A stretch of 36,598 bases of DNA, from positions 1 through 36,598 of the IMG/VR virus record IMGVR_UViG_3300025536_000007. One strand, written 5' to 3'. The translations under genes were made by a program, and so were the position numbers. Positions 1 to 9,504 of this stretch are shown one piece after another (position 1 is the first letter of the stretch; each line of letters starts with the position of its first letter). The notes under the pieces were generated by a model, which searched no databases, was not told where the DNA came from, and was given only the letters and a program-made list of their open reading frames with translations. The DNA comes from a virus.

Positions 1-127
1 AACAGTGATATAGCCGAAACCAAAAGTCAGTAGAACGTCAAAAGCAACCGTAACGGCTAGAAGAACTACCTGTCGAGATTGTTTCTTATCGGCACGAGCC
101 AGTGCTTCCACCTGGAGGTCTATGGGG
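1..127. repeat. Terminal overlap copy 1: 127 bp identical to 36472..36598, closing a circular or circularly permuted genome
   Basis: Read directly: bases 1-127 (aacagtgatatagccgaaacc...ggtctatgggg) recur base-for-base at 36472-36598. The repeat lies inside a coding frame. Confidence 0.9.
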
Positions 128-177
128 TTTTCTTCTAGCTCTTTATTTAGTGCTGCGTTTCTAGTGTCTAAACTCAT
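1..177 (-). CDS. 5' portion of the junction-spanning membrane protein gene (same gene as 36241..36598); ATG at 177
   Basis: The minus-strand ATG at 177-175 overlaps the upstream stop (ATGA). It reads MSLDTRNAALNKELEENPIDLQ, then runs in frame into the repeat-borne VEALARADKKQSRQVV..., which continues from 36582 downward. Confidence 0.55.
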   Translation of the reverse strand, partial: MSLDTRNAALNKELEENPIDLQVEALARADKKQSRQVVLLAVTVAFDVLLTFGFGYITV

Positions 178-536
178 TCTGGTATATCCCTCTTTAGAGC
201 CAACAGCCGTTGGTTCTCTTCCCTTAGCTCCTTAATAATTTTCTGCAATTCTGCGATTTTACTATCTTGCAAAACGGAACTTGTTTTGAGGTCAGAAAGT
301 TGAGCCATGACTTTGGATAGTTGGTCGTTAACCTCTTCGAGACGGTGCTCTAGTTTCTCGGCACGCTCCTTATACTCAGCCCGAAGCTTATTGCTCTCAG
401 CCCATAATTCTGCTGCTGCAGAAGTGGTAATATTCCCTGAAGTGTTACGTTTCGCAACAGAGTAAGTCACCGCGCCGCTGACAACAGCAGTAACCACTAC
501 TCCTGCAAAGACTAGGAAAGGAGTCACCCAATCCAT
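174..536 (-). CDS. Membrane-anchored coiled-coil protein, function unknown (sits between tail fibre and lysis genes)
   Basis: 120-aa ORF. It has an N-terminal hydrophobic helix (FLVFAGVVVTAVVSGAVTY) followed by heptad-rich LEHRLEEVNDQLSKVMAQLSDLK...LQKIIKELREENQRLL. It is tightly packed with its neighbours. Confidence 0.6.
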   Translation of the reverse strand: MDWVTPFLVFAGVVVTAVVSGAVTYSVAKRNTSGNITTSAAAELWAESNKLRAEYKERAEKLEHRLEEVNDQLSKVMAQLSDLKTSSVLQDSKIAELQKIIKELREENQRLLALKRDIPE

Positions 537-539
537 GCT

Positions 540-1436
540 CTAGTACCTGATTATTTTGTTTAGGATTATTGTTGGCTGTACGTTTGCCAGTGTTGCTGAG
601 CCGCCAGAGTCAGTAGTCCCATCATGTCGGTGGTTTATATTAGTGCCACCACCAGTCATAGCAACACCGCTGGTAAGGTTGACCATATTCCCACTAGAGA
701 ATGTGTGAGTGTGAGCTGAGTTTACATTCTGAGCACCACCAGCACCACCAAGAACGTCGCCGTCAAGCGGAGAGGTGAGCCTGTTGGCACTTGAGCCACC
801 CATATCATCTTTACCAGCAATCACTCGCCCACGAAGGTCTGGCAGATTGAAGGTAGTTGAGCCGTCACCAGTGCCGTAGGTTGTGCTGAGAACTGCAAAC
901 AAGTCAGCGTATGTAGTACGAGATATTGCTTGACCGTAACAGAATAACCAGCCTGTAGGAGCAGCTGAACCAGCAAAGTCTAATACAGAGCCTACTGGGG
1001 TTAAGTTGGCAAGTGTTCCTTGAGGTGAGTCAACTGGAGCGTCAGCTTTGAGCTCTCCTTCGGGAGTGTGCGCTACGAATAGCCCATCAACAAGGCTGTT
1101 GACCCAATATGATGTAGGAATACACTCAATAAAGTCGCCAATATCGTTTCCAATATCTACATAACCTGGGGCAGTGGTAAGGTTTGTAATAGTGTTCGCA
1201 CCACTGTTTACGAGCCCTTTGTAGCTGACTAAATCGCTGACAGAAACCTCACCCGTAAGAGGGTCAGTGGTTTTCTTGTAAGTGATGAAAAATACTGGAG
1301 TGTCTTCGGTAAACTTGCTGAGGTCGAACCCATCCAACACAGTTACACCAGCTGTTCGCTCGGCAGTAACGGTTGTAGCTACCGCATAGTCACTGTCTAT
1401 GCTGGCTTTTCCAAATAGGTCGGTTATCTCAGCCAT
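540..1436 (-). CDS. Tail fibre / receptor-binding protein with C-terminal phage tail-collar (MdpB-like) domain
   Basis: 298 aa. The motif GWLFCYGQAISRTTYADLFAVLSTTYGTGDGSTTFNLPDLRGRVIAG and the ending ...NVQPTIILNKIIRY are the classical tail-collar signature. Confidence 0.75.
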   Translation of the reverse strand: MAEITDLFGKASIDSDYAVATTVTAERTAGVTVLDGFDLSKFTEDTPVFFITYKKTTDPLTGEVSVSDLVSYKGLVNSGANTITNLTTAPGYVDIGNDIGDFIECIPTSYWVNSLVDGLFVAHTPEGELKADAPVDSPQGTLANLTPVGSVLDFAGSAAPTGWLFCYGQAISRTTYADLFAVLSTTYGTGDGSTTFNLPDLRGRVIAGKDDMGGSSANRLTSPLDGDVLGGAGGAQNVNSAHTHTFSSGNMVNLTSGVAMTGGGTNINHRHDGTTDSGGSATLANVQPTIILNKIIRY

Positions 1437-1441
1437 GACGG

Positions 1442-2545
1442 TTAAACTCCGTAGCCGAGGTCATTTTCGGACTTCTTTTTAATGCCCAAGTCCTTGTCAT
1501 TAACCGCAATTGCTCGTACCGCTAAATTACCTGGGGAGTTCATTCCATCAGAGGCTACTGGGGTTAGAGCTCCAGCGTTCGCGCCACGGATGTTGGTGGT
1601 GTCATATTTAGCAATATCTTGTGTGTAGTCGCCGAGGTCTGGGGTTGCCATTTCTCGAGTTTCGCCAGTGTAGCTTGGGTTCATGAAGGCAGCACCAGCA
1701 ATCATGCTGTTGATACTATTGCCTTCATTCATGATACGGTCACGCTCAGCTGTTTGTTCGGCAGCACCATAAACATCAGCTTTCTTATAAAGAGCTGTTT
1801 GCTTGTCTTGAAGATATTTACGAGTTGCCTCACCTTCGTCATAGCCGTACTGGTCTTGAATTTTCTTTATGTCGTTTTCGTTGCCGACAGTGTAGTCATT
1901 CCAAGAAGAATCCAGCTCTCGGTTATTTGTCGCTTGAGTCACGTTAGCTTTTCGGTTACTCATATTGGCTGCATCAAGAATTTGACGAGTCAATGCTCGT
2001 GAACCACCAAGCCCAAGTGTCGATAGTGAGCTAACAAGGTTTTCGAGAGTATTTCGAGTGTTTAGGTCGGTGTCAGTTTTAGCACCTGAGAAATCCTGAA
2101 GAGTAGATAATTTTTTACCCTTGTATTTGCCTTCTTCGCGCTCTTTTTCTTCTTGCTTCTCGCGGAGGGTAGTGTCTCGCTTGATAGCCGCCTTCTGAAT
2201 TGCTTGGTTTTTTATGGTGTCAAGTGAAGAAATTAACGAATCAAGGCTTGAGAGTTGAGCTGTATCAAGAGCTTTGGCTGTAGTGCCAGAGCCAAAAGTA
2301 GAAGCACCTAGAGTGCTGTCACCACCTGCAACTGGGTCAGAAATCTCCTGAGCTCCATTTAGCCCCAAGTTCCACACTTGAGCCTGCTGAGGTGTACCCA
2401 TATTAACGGTAGTACCTGCGCTAACGTCCTTATACCAAACGTTACCGTCTTGACCAATCCAATAAACGTCACCATCTCGAGAACCAGCTGGGACAGTTCC
2501 CATTTCTAGTGTTTGTGGTTCTACCGTTCCCATTGTTAGTGCCAT
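1442..2545 (-). CDS. Virion/tail-associated protein, function unknown
   Basis: 367-aa ORF inside the tail gene block. It has an RBS (gggagaataaagcaATG) and a coiled-coil, charged middle region. I recognise no family motif. Confidence 0.55.
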   Translation of the reverse strand: MALTMGTVEPQTLEMGTVPAGSRDGDVYWIGQDGNVWYKDVSAGTTVNMGTPQQAQVWNLGLNGAQEISDPVAGGDSTLGASTFGSGTTAKALDTAQLSSLDSLISSLDTIKNQAIQKAAIKRDTTLREKQEEKEREEGKYKGKKLSTLQDFSGAKTDTDLNTRNTLENLVSSLSTLGLGGSRALTRQILDAANMSNRKANVTQATNNRELDSSWNDYTVGNENDIKKIQDQYGYDEGEATRKYLQDKQTALYKKADVYGAAEQTAERDRIMNEGNSINSMIAGAAFMNPSYTGETREMATPDLGDYTQDIAKYDTTNIRGANAGALTPVASDGMNSPGNLAVRAIAVNDKDLGIKKKSENDLGYGV

Positions 2546-2585
2546 TGCTTTATTCTCCCTGTTTGTTTTCTGCTTTTATAGCTTA

Positions 2586-2594
2586 ATTGTATCA
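2586..2594 (-). promoter_or_regulatory. TG-extended -10 element (TGATACAAT) directly after the upstream stop; candidate internal late promoter
   Basis: The minus strand reads tgatacaat 11 nt after the TAG at 2605-2607 and ~40 nt before the ATG at 2545. The same 9-mer recurs at 14219-14227. Confidence 0.4.
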
Positions 2595-2604
2595 TATCAT
2601 ATCA

Positions 2605-4686
2605 CTAAATTTTTATCACGCCTCTTTGACTCAAAAATTCTATGCCGACACCTATATAGGTGAAGAGCATACTCAGATGAGATAACTCGTAATAGGTGTC
2701 TTGAGTATTTGCTCGAACCGAAAAGCTCATGTAAGCTGCGTTTTTGCGCACTTTCTGGCTGACTTTCTTATCTGATGGGTCTTGGAAACTCAAGAGGTCA
2801 GCAACAGTTTCATCCCAGCTGCGGTTATTCCAAGCACCACGAGAAGTAGTCGTGTCATTGCCCCTGATAGCATCCCAACCGCTCAAACCAGTAACACTCG
2901 ATTCATTGAATGGTACGAGGCTAGTTTTAATAATGTCACCATTCTTTGAGTGAACGTTAATCTTGAGCTCCACAATACCAACTGCTTGGTCAAACTGCCA
3001 GATATTCTTGAGTAAGTGTACCCACTCGAGCTTGTTGTCTTTCACGAACGGTATGAGACCACTGTCGATGTAGGACTCAAAGACACCACTAAAGTCGGCG
3101 TGACTGTGTGAGTTCTTATAATAACGGAGTAATTTGTTGCCTTGTCGGATGTATAGGCTTGGGCTCTCATTTTCAGTCGATGCCCAGCGGAAAATACAGT
3201 CAGACTCAATACGCCAGATTGACCAGATACCACCGTGAAGGATATCGTACATCCAAATCTCGTTATTGGTTTGAGCACCGTAAGCAACGCTCCAGTAAAG
3301 AGCCTCATCATAGTAGGCTGAGTATGTTTTTGACAAATCAGACTGAGCCAAGTTGAGCACTCGGTCACGGATTGCCGAACTGATAATATCTGTAGATTGG
3401 ATGCCTGAAACGTTTGGCTTCACACCAGTTGACTTGAAGCCTTCCATTGAGAGGTAGTAAGCATTGTTGTTGGCGCGAATAACAGAGAACGGCGCGTCTG
3501 TGCCATCGTTACCTTCACGCTTCTTGAACTGATATGTACCAGTCGAGAAGGTCTGACCGTTAGCAGTAATGCTGTTAGTAGTCGCATAAACATCCCAAAT
3601 CGCACCTTGCCCAGCCATTGTACGAGTCAATAGGTTGATACAGGTCGTACCAGCGTTATCACGACCAAGCGTAATTGCCATGACTCTTTCGTTGCTGCCG
3701 TTGTTTATCTCGTAACTGTCAGAGCCGTTTGCAGAACCGAAGTAAAGCTCGTTGCCAATATCGCCACCCCAGTAGATAAGACCATTTGTGCCAATCGCCC
3801 AAAGTCGCCCAGAGATATTCGTAAAGTACCAAGCGACAATACCTTCAGTAGTATTTTCTACTGGTGCGCTCTGCAATAAGGTGATTTCACCAGTGTCAGT
3901 CCAGGTTTCTTGTGTGATAGGTATGCTGTCTCCAACCAGCAAGTATTCGCCGTCTGTTGGAGCACCAGCTCCAGTAGGCACACTTGCAACGTAAACGTTC
4001 CAACTTACTGCGTCTGGGTCAAGAGTAAATGCGCTAATGTCGATGCCGACTGATTTTGTGCCATTCCAAGTGTCTCGGATTGTTGAAGATGTAACACTGT
4101 CGGCTGGCGACATTTCCGTGCTTCCGCCGATGCCGTTAAATGCAACTCGGTAATAATAGTCAATCGCGGCTGTTCCGCTAAAACCAACTGGAGTAGCGAC
4201 AGGGGTGTCTGTCGGATTGTCCACCAATACTAGCTGTTTCAGGTCGCCAGAGGCTATCTCGTAGTAGCTGAAAGCGTCAATACCGTTGCCAATAACCACG
4301 ACGCTTGCAATCTGAGTAAATGAGAACTGGGCTTCATTGCTATAGACAATATCTGCCAGCTGAGTCCACTCAGAGAGGTCATCTTCTAAAACATAGAGCC
4401 AGGCATCTACTCCGTCAGTGAACACATTAAGCAGCCCCTCAGTTTCGTCGGCTCTCTTGAAAGCGAAGTCACAGCCAAGCGGAGTTAACCCTTCTGGTAG
4501 GTCAGGGATGCCACTCTCGTTGAATGAGCCCCGAGGTCGGACAATAGCGTCATAGTCAAAAATAACATTATAGGCAGTTTTTAACGCATCTTCTGCCATA
4601 CGACTCTTAGAGAAATACGAAATCTGACCGCGTTTCCAGTTGTCGAGGTCTTTCACTTGGATGTCATCGGAGGTCTTGTTCGCCAT
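2605..4686 (-). CDS. Large tail protein, nozzle / tail tubular B-like (beta-rich)
   Basis: 693-aa ORF between the two fibre genes. It is beta-strand-rich and Gly/Trp/Tyr-rich (IWMYDILHGGIWSIWRIE, LWAIGTNGLIYWGGD), like podovirus nozzle proteins. The assignment rests on size and position only. Confidence 0.4.
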   Translation of the reverse strand: MANKTSDDIQVKDLDNWKRGQISYFSKSRMAEDALKTAYNVIFDYDAIVRPRGSFNESGIPDLPEGLTPLGCDFAFKRADETEGLLNVFTDGVDAWLYVLEDDLSEWTQLADIVYSNEAQFSFTQIASVVVIGNGIDAFSYYEIASGDLKQLVLVDNPTDTPVATPVGFSGTAAIDYYYRVAFNGIGGSTEMSPADSVTSSTIRDTWNGTKSVGIDISAFTLDPDAVSWNVYVASVPTGAGAPTDGEYLLVGDSIPITQETWTDTGEITLLQSAPVENTTEGIVAWYFTNISGRLWAIGTNGLIYWGGDIGNELYFGSANGSDSYEINNGSNERVMAITLGRDNAGTTCINLLTRTMAGQGAIWDVYATTNSITANGQTFSTGTYQFKKREGNDGTDAPFSVIRANNNAYYLSMEGFKSTGVKPNVSGIQSTDIISSAIRDRVLNLAQSDLSKTYSAYYDEALYWSVAYGAQTNNEIWMYDILHGGIWSIWRIESDCIFRWASTENESPSLYIRQGNKLLRYYKNSHSHADFSGVFESYIDSGLIPFVKDNKLEWVHLLKNIWQFDQAVGIVELKINVHSKNGDIIKTSLVPFNESSVTGLSGWDAIRGNDTTTSRGAWNNRSWDETVADLLSFQDPSDKKVSQKVRKNAAYMSFSVRANTQDTYYELSHLSMLFTYIGVGIEFLSQRGVIKI

Positions 4687-4711
4687 TTTTGTTTCCTATT
4701 CTGTTTGTTTT

Positions 4712-4720
4712 ATCATAACA
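4712..4720 (-). promoter_or_regulatory. TG-extended -10 element (TGTTATGAT); candidate internal late promoter
   Basis: The minus strand reads tgttatgat 2 nt after the fibre-gene stop (4723-4725) and 25 nt before the ATG at 4686. Its leader, aaaacaaacag, is shared with the 2546-2585 leader. Confidence 0.35.
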
Positions 4721-4722
4721 GA

Positions 4723-6579
4723 TTAAGCTGTACGCTTCCACATTCTCACTACTATATATGGCTGCAAGTTATTATGCGCTCCGTCGCCACCAGTATTTTG
4801 GTTTGTGGCAGTTGCAGCCTGGTTTGTGGCGGTTGTGGCGGCGGTAGTTTGGTTAGCCCCAGTGTTACCACTAAGGTTAGCCGTACCAGTAATACCAGTA
4901 CCCGAGGTAGAGGTTGTAGCAACACGTTCTTGGTGAGAGTGAGCATCTTGAGTGTGGTTATGGCTATTTTGGGTGTGCGTGTGCGAAGGCATTTCGGCAG
5001 CTGTAAGGGTGACGGTTTTTGCGCCACCAGTTTCTTCGTCAGTATCAAATTCGGTCTGCCCTGAATCAAAGCCAACTGGCACACGTCCAGCGCCAAAAGC
5101 AGCCCAAGTCCCTCCAATGAAAGTGCCAGGATTAGTATTGCTAGTATTAATATAAATTGAGCCTACGGGAAAAGCTGCTAATAGAGTGGCAGCTTGTTTT
5201 GTGGCATCAGAAGTATTATTTGCATTACCTAGCCCTATAGTCGTTCTAGCGGCAGCTGCATCAGCATCGTCCACTAAGCTAGCACCAAAAGCAGAAATGG
5301 TCGTGCTAGCTGGCAAAGATAATGTTTTAATATCTGCATCTACCTCAGAGTCCATCAAAGCTCCAGCCGCAGTGACGTTAGCTGTATCTGTTACATCGGC
5401 AGCAGTCTCGATTCCAGCTAATTTGGTCTTTTCAGTAGCAGTATAATTTTTATTGGTTGCACCATCAGTCATGTTGTCTTGGTCGAAAGCATCATCACCA
5501 TGAGCATTAGGGTCATAAATAGCAGCCAACATATCACCACCGCCAGGGATAGCCTCCCATGAAGCGTCTGTACCATCAGTCTTCAAGAATTTGCCAGAAT
5601 GACCCGTCTGTGAAGGACTCAAATCGTCTACTGAAGTTGGGATTGTAGGCTTGCCAGTTAAGTCAGAATAAACTCCTGTTGTGGCAACAGTGGCTAAATC
5701 GCCTGGCTGTACCGCAGTATCAGCAGTAGCACCTTGAGTGTCAGTAGCATAATCAGCTGGGTCAAAAGCTTTTACGGCGGCAAGATTAGTCACTTCAGAG
5801 TCCATAAGAGCACCAGCAGTCGTTACATTCGCTGTGTCTGTTACATCGGCTGCGGTTTCAATCCCAGCCAATTTAGTTTCTTCTGCGACAGTAAACCATT
5901 TATTCGTAGCGCCCTCTGTGATGTCGTCAGTGTCATCTGTGGCTTTCATAAATGCGCCAGCACTGGCTACGTTGGCTGCATCAGTGACATCTGCACCAAC
6001 TTCAATTCCAGCTAACTTACTCTCCATTGTGTCTAAATCAACAGCCTGAGTAACGGTTATAAAATCAGTTTTTGTTTTAATCGCTGGTACATTGTTTGCG
6101 TTAGTTTCAATTACGTCCAAATCTACTGCTTGGGTAACAGTAATAAAATCAGTCTTCGTTTTAATACCAGGCACGTTATTGGCATTTGCTTCGATAGCAT
6201 CAAGGTCAACCGCCTGAGTGACGGCAATAAAACCAAGCTTTGTTTTCTCGGCTGCGGTTGCAAATTTCTTAGTTGTTGAGGCATCTGAAATGTCATCAGC
6301 ATCAAGTACAACCGCGCCTGTTAGCCCATTGACCGAATCAACAGCACTGTCAAGTGTAGCTGATACTATCGGATTCGCAGGGTCAGTTGCATCTACGGTA
6401 ATGTTCGTACCAGCAATAATAGTCTGAACACCACTCTGCATGTCAACTAGAATACCCCCTGGGGTCGTACCATCGCCTATATAGAGTTTCTTTTCATCAG
6501 TAGTAAATACAGGTTCACCAATTTGAGGCGTATAGGATGTGCGATTTGCCTCTAGTCCACGACGAACTTGAATAATCAT
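4723..6579 (-). CDS. Tail fibre with internal repeat modules and a C-terminal tail-collar-like, His-rich domain
   Basis: 618 aa. It has a repeated [KN]x[FY]TxxEKTKLxGIE motif and 28-aa tandem units. The C-terminus reads FPVGSIYI...GTWAAFGAGRVPVG...EMPSHTHTQNSHNHTQDAHSH...NNLQPYIVVRMWKRTA. Confidence 0.75.
   Translation of the reverse strand: MIIQVRRGLEANRTSYTPQIGEPVFTTDEKKLYIGDGTTPGGILVDMQSGVQTIIAGTNITVDATDPANPIVSATLDSAVDSVNGLTGAVVLDADDISDASTTKKFATAAEKTKLGFIAVTQAVDLDAIEANANNVPGIKTKTDFITVTQAVDLDVIETNANNVPAIKTKTDFITVTQAVDLDTMESKLAGIEVGADVTDAANVASAGAFMKATDDTDDITEGATNKWFTVAEETKLAGIETAADVTDTANVTTAGALMDSEVTNLAAVKAFDPADYATDTQGATADTAVQPGDLATVATTGVYSDLTGKPTIPTSVDDLSPSQTGHSGKFLKTDGTDASWEAIPGGGDMLAAIYDPNAHGDDAFDQDNMTDGATNKNYTATEKTKLAGIETAADVTDTANVTAAGALMDSEVDADIKTLSLPASTTISAFGASLVDDADAAAARTTIGLGNANNTSDATKQAATLLAAFPVGSIYINTSNTNPGTFIGGTWAAFGAGRVPVGFDSGQTEFDTDEETGGAKTVTLTAAEMPSHTHTQNSHNHTQDAHSHQERVATTSTSGTGITGTANLSGNTGANQTTAATTATNQAATATNQNTGGDGAHNNLQPYIVVRMWKRTA
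5341..5433. repeat. Dispersed intragenic repeat copy B (EKTKLAGIETAADVTDTANVTAAGALMDSEV)
   Basis: A ~93-bp segment clearly similar by eye to 5791-5883. The peptide is nearly identical while many third-codon positions differ. Confidence 0.8.
5791..5883. repeat. Dispersed intragenic repeat copy A (EETKLAGIETAADVTDTANVTTAGALMDSEV)
   Basis: Partner of 5341-5433. A weaker third copy (SKLAGIEVGADVTDAANVASAGAFM) lies at about 5947-6021. Confidence 0.8.
6031..6231. repeat. Tandem 84-bp (28-aa) repeat, about 2.4 units, inside the fibre gene
   Basis: The unit FI(A/T)VTQAVDLD(A/V)IE(A/T)NANNVP(G/A)IKTKTD occurs twice and is followed by FITVTQAVDLD. The DNA copies have diverged at synonymous sites. Confidence 0.85.
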
Positions 6580-7325
6580 TAGAAGCCACCTCCATCAATG
6601 TGATTGAACGAGCCTCCTCCGATACCAATACCAGCTTCAATAGCTTGAGACAGTGATGTTATCGTTCTATTTGTAGTTCCCTTAACTGAAAGTATTTGAG
6701 TATGACGGTTGTTAGAACGCATTGTCTTCATATAAATTTCTGCCTGCTTGTAGTATTTATCGGCATTTCGCGCAATAAACGGCACTGGGCTAGCATCACA
6801 GATAAATGCTGCCATAGATGTGACTAACCAAGGCACACTATCGACACGCACTGTTTGAGCAGCTGTAGTATACGTTTCGGGTAATAAATATGCAGGTAGC
6901 TGAATAAAAGTCCCAACCAGCTCTTCTGGTACACTTTTGAGATGTAAGCCATCAGATGCTAGCATACAAATATCCTGAGCATTAGTCGCCTGAAATAGGG
7001 CTTGGTCTACCATTTTATACTTCTTCATAACTGCACCAGCTCCATCGACAAAATAGATACTATCAAGCGGAGTATTGCCGACAACCACTCTATCCATATC
7101 GGGGAAGTCATATTGCGATATCCCAGAAGCTACTGCATCTGGCAACTGATACTCCATGTCAAATAATGACTGCCATTTGACATACGGTGTTTGACCCCAC
7201 ATTTCAAGTACTTGATTCAGCACACTAAGATAAGTCAGCCAGTCATCACTGCCTTCAACTTGCGCCTCGAACTCACTATTTACTTTGGTGTAAGCTTTGT
7301 CAATGATTTGCTGAACAGTTGCCAT
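6579..7325 (-). CDS. Head-tail adaptor / tail tubular A-like protein (positional call)
   Basis: 248-aa ORF between the portal block and the fibre gene. Its stop overlaps the fibre start (TAATG at 6577-6581). Confidence 0.35.
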   Translation of the reverse strand: MATVQQIIDKAYTKVNSEFEAQVEGSDDWLTYLSVLNQVLEMWGQTPYVKWQSLFDMEYQLPDAVASGISQYDFPDMDRVVVGNTPLDSIYFVDGAGAVMKKYKMVDQALFQATNAQDICMLASDGLHLKSVPEELVGTFIQLPAYLLPETYTTAAQTVRVDSVPWLVTSMAAFICDASPVPFIARNADKYYKQAEIYMKTMRSNNRHTQILSVKGTTNRTITSLSQAIEAGIGIGGGSFNHIDGGGF

Positions 7326-7329
7326 AATG

Positions 7330-7611
7330 TTACCTCAGTTCGTTTTTGATTTTTTCTAGGATTTTAACAAGTTCGTCGCTCACCTCAAACTGTAGCTCAA
7401 GTGCTTTGCCAGAGACAGGCTTTTTGTTCTCTTTTAGGCGCTCGCGCACTGCAGCAACAGTTTTATGCTGGGCAATGTGCTTGTCGAGTACCTTGTGGAG
7501 CTTGTCTTTTTCACTGCGCTGTTCTTGAGCCTGCTTTTTAGCGGCTTTATCGACAAAAGTATCACGATTAGCTCGTTGGAGCTCTTCGCTTGATTGATAT
7601 TCAGGGTTCAT
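7330..7611 (-). CDS. Small charged helical protein, unknown function
   Basis: 93-aa ORF with RBS ggaggtttaacATG immediately after the portal stop. Confidence 0.55.
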   Translation of the reverse strand: MNPEYQSSEELQRANRDTFVDKAAKKQAQEQRSEKDKLHKVLDKHIAQHKTVAAVRERLKENKKPVSGKALELQFEVSDELVKILEKIKNELR

Positions 7612-7612
7612 G

Positions 7613-9481
7613 TTAAACCTCCGCCTCTTCTTCCGCTGCTTGCAAGCCCAGGTCTCCAGCAGTTAGTTGGATGCCATATTTCGCAGCAGCTTGGATTTTA
7701 CCAGCAGCAGGCAAGTCCCTGAAGGCAATATTAACAGTGGGAGGCTTTACCTCGTCCATCTGCTGATTCTTTTTCTGGGCATCTTGAGCAGCCTGAGCCT
7801 TGGCTTGTTGCTCTTCGGTAGCCACATCAGCTAGAGCTTTCTGCATGGTTGCAGAAATTTTAGCACTATTCTCAAGGTTAGAGTTCTTCGTCATTTCTTC
7901 CATCAACAGAGGCATGACCGAGCGCATAACTCTCGCCATACTTGGGTCAGATTTAGCAGCTTCGAAGAATCCAGTCATAAAGGTGTTGAGCCGTTTCAAG
8001 TCCTCTTCTTTTGCAAGGTCTCTAGTGCTCTCGAAGTTTACAGTGATATTCACGCCACGAGAATCGCTCAAATCAAGCTTCACTTGGTTCTTTTCATTCA
8101 CCTTTTTAGGGTCAACTTCACGGATAAGGTTAGCATATTCTTCATCAAGAGTGACCATTGGCACGGCGTTGTTCTTGTCGGCAATTGCTTTTACTTCAGC
8201 TAGATAGATGTTGATTTTATTCTCAAGCACCATTTCAAAGTAGGTTTCGTAATTTTTGCGGTAGTAATTGTTGTCTACATCAGCTTTCTCACGCTGGTCA
8301 TTCACCCCTGCCTGGGTCTTAGAATAGGTTGGGTCACCAGAGCTTGCTGAAATACTACTATCACTTGAGCTTGGCAGGGAAGTAAGGAGCACAGTCTTGA
8401 GCAGATTGTAGAGATTTGGGAAATTCTGAATGGTCATTGTGTCAATTGGGAGCAAGTCAACTTTGCCCTCTTCATCGTTCAAGAACATTGTGTTGCCCTT
8501 GGTCAGATTGAATGTGTCTTCGTTGAGCGAAATGCCTTTGACTGTTTTAGCTGGGTCTGTGTTGTAGTCGGAAGTGTAGATAAAGTTACGAAGCAGTGAG
8601 GTTAATGATTGCTGTGCGCCATACGCCATGTCGATAAGTGAGCGACCCATAATGCTCGAACCGTCATAATCAGAGTAAAGTCCGACAATACGACGGCGGC
8701 GAGAGAGATTAGGGATTACACGGAGAATCGTGCCTGACGCGTAGTGCCAGTCAACAACCCAGTTATCATCAACATACTTGAACAGCTCAAACATGTGCTC
8801 TGGCAAGCCTTCCATAGCAGCTTTGATGTTGACATTGTCTTTGCCAGAGTTTTGACCAGCACCATAGTCGAGGACTGTCTGAAGCCCCTCTTTATCCCAT
8901 GTGCCGCCAATTTCATCGTCACTACCCTCGATAAGCTTTTTAATGTCATCTTCGGTTTTGAGCGTTCGAAACTGATTGAAGTTGTTGCTATTGATGTTTG
9001 AAGACCATGCTTCTGGGTAATAGTCACCCCAGTAGATAGGCACTTCACCAACGGTATATTCACCGTGGTCATTCTCAAATGGTAGATAAACAGCACAAGC
9101 GCCAAAAGTAGCAGCATTTCGAAGTTCAATCCATTGCTTCTGCAACAGACCATAGCCCTTAGATGAACCAGAGCGGAGCAGGATTTTAACAGCAATAAAC
9201 TCATATACGAGGTCTTCAGCCTTACTTCGGCTATGCCCATCGGTCATAAATGTCGGTAGTTTTTGAATAACATTCTTCGGCATCTTCTCAAGATAAGAGG
9301 CGAGAGTATTGTCCACTAGCTCAGCGTACTCCATCTGACCATTGGTATTTACTGGTGGTTTACGGTAAAAAATACGCTCGTTGCGCTCTGTAAAACCCTG
9401 AGTCACTCTGTCCATAAACTCTTGACTATCGTCAAGCTTCTTTACAAGGTCTTCGGCTGTTAGTGGAAATCCGTTATTCAT
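7613..9481 (-). CDS. Probable portal protein
   Basis: 622 aa, the only portal-sized protein in the structural arm. It has an acidic C-terminal tail (AAEEEAEV) and its own TG-extended -10 upstream. I cannot recite a diagnostic motif. Confidence 0.5.
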   Translation of the reverse strand: MNNGFPLTAEDLVKKLDDSQEFMDRVTQGFTERNERIFYRKPPVNTNGQMEYAELVDNTLASYLEKMPKNVIQKLPTFMTDGHSRSKAEDLVYEFIAVKILLRSGSSKGYGLLQKQWIELRNAATFGACAVYLPFENDHGEYTVGEVPIYWGDYYPEAWSSNINSNNFNQFRTLKTEDDIKKLIEGSDDEIGGTWDKEGLQTVLDYGAGQNSGKDNVNIKAAMEGLPEHMFELFKYVDDNWVVDWHYASGTILRVIPNLSRRRRIVGLYSDYDGSSIMGRSLIDMAYGAQQSLTSLLRNFIYTSDYNTDPAKTVKGISLNEDTFNLTKGNTMFLNDEEGKVDLLPIDTMTIQNFPNLYNLLKTVLLTSLPSSSDSSISASSGDPTYSKTQAGVNDQREKADVDNNYYRKNYETYFEMVLENKINIYLAEVKAIADKNNAVPMVTLDEEYANLIREVDPKKVNEKNQVKLDLSDSRGVNITVNFESTRDLAKEEDLKRLNTFMTGFFEAAKSDPSMARVMRSVMPLLMEEMTKNSNLENSAKISATMQKALADVATEEQQAKAQAAQDAQKKNQQMDEVKPPTVNIAFRDLPAAGKIQAAAKYGIQLTAGDLGLQAAEEEAEV

Positions 9482-9504
9482 TGTTTATTTTTCCTTATGT
9501 GTTA

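Noticed and set aside
1-127. The terminal repeat read as a genuine T7-like direct terminal repeat.
   Set aside because: The repeat lies within a protein-coding frame that reads smoothly across the junction. Its length equals a standard maximal assembler k-mer (127). An assembly closure overlap is far more likely, and physical termini cannot be inferred from this window.
5186-6427. Plus-strand ORFs inside the fibre gene (5186-5446, 5734-6015, 5834-6049, 6218-6427) that share VTSAAVSIPANLV-like peptides.
   Set aside because: They are the reverse-complement shadow of the fibre's internal repeats. Their similarity to each other simply reflects those repeats.
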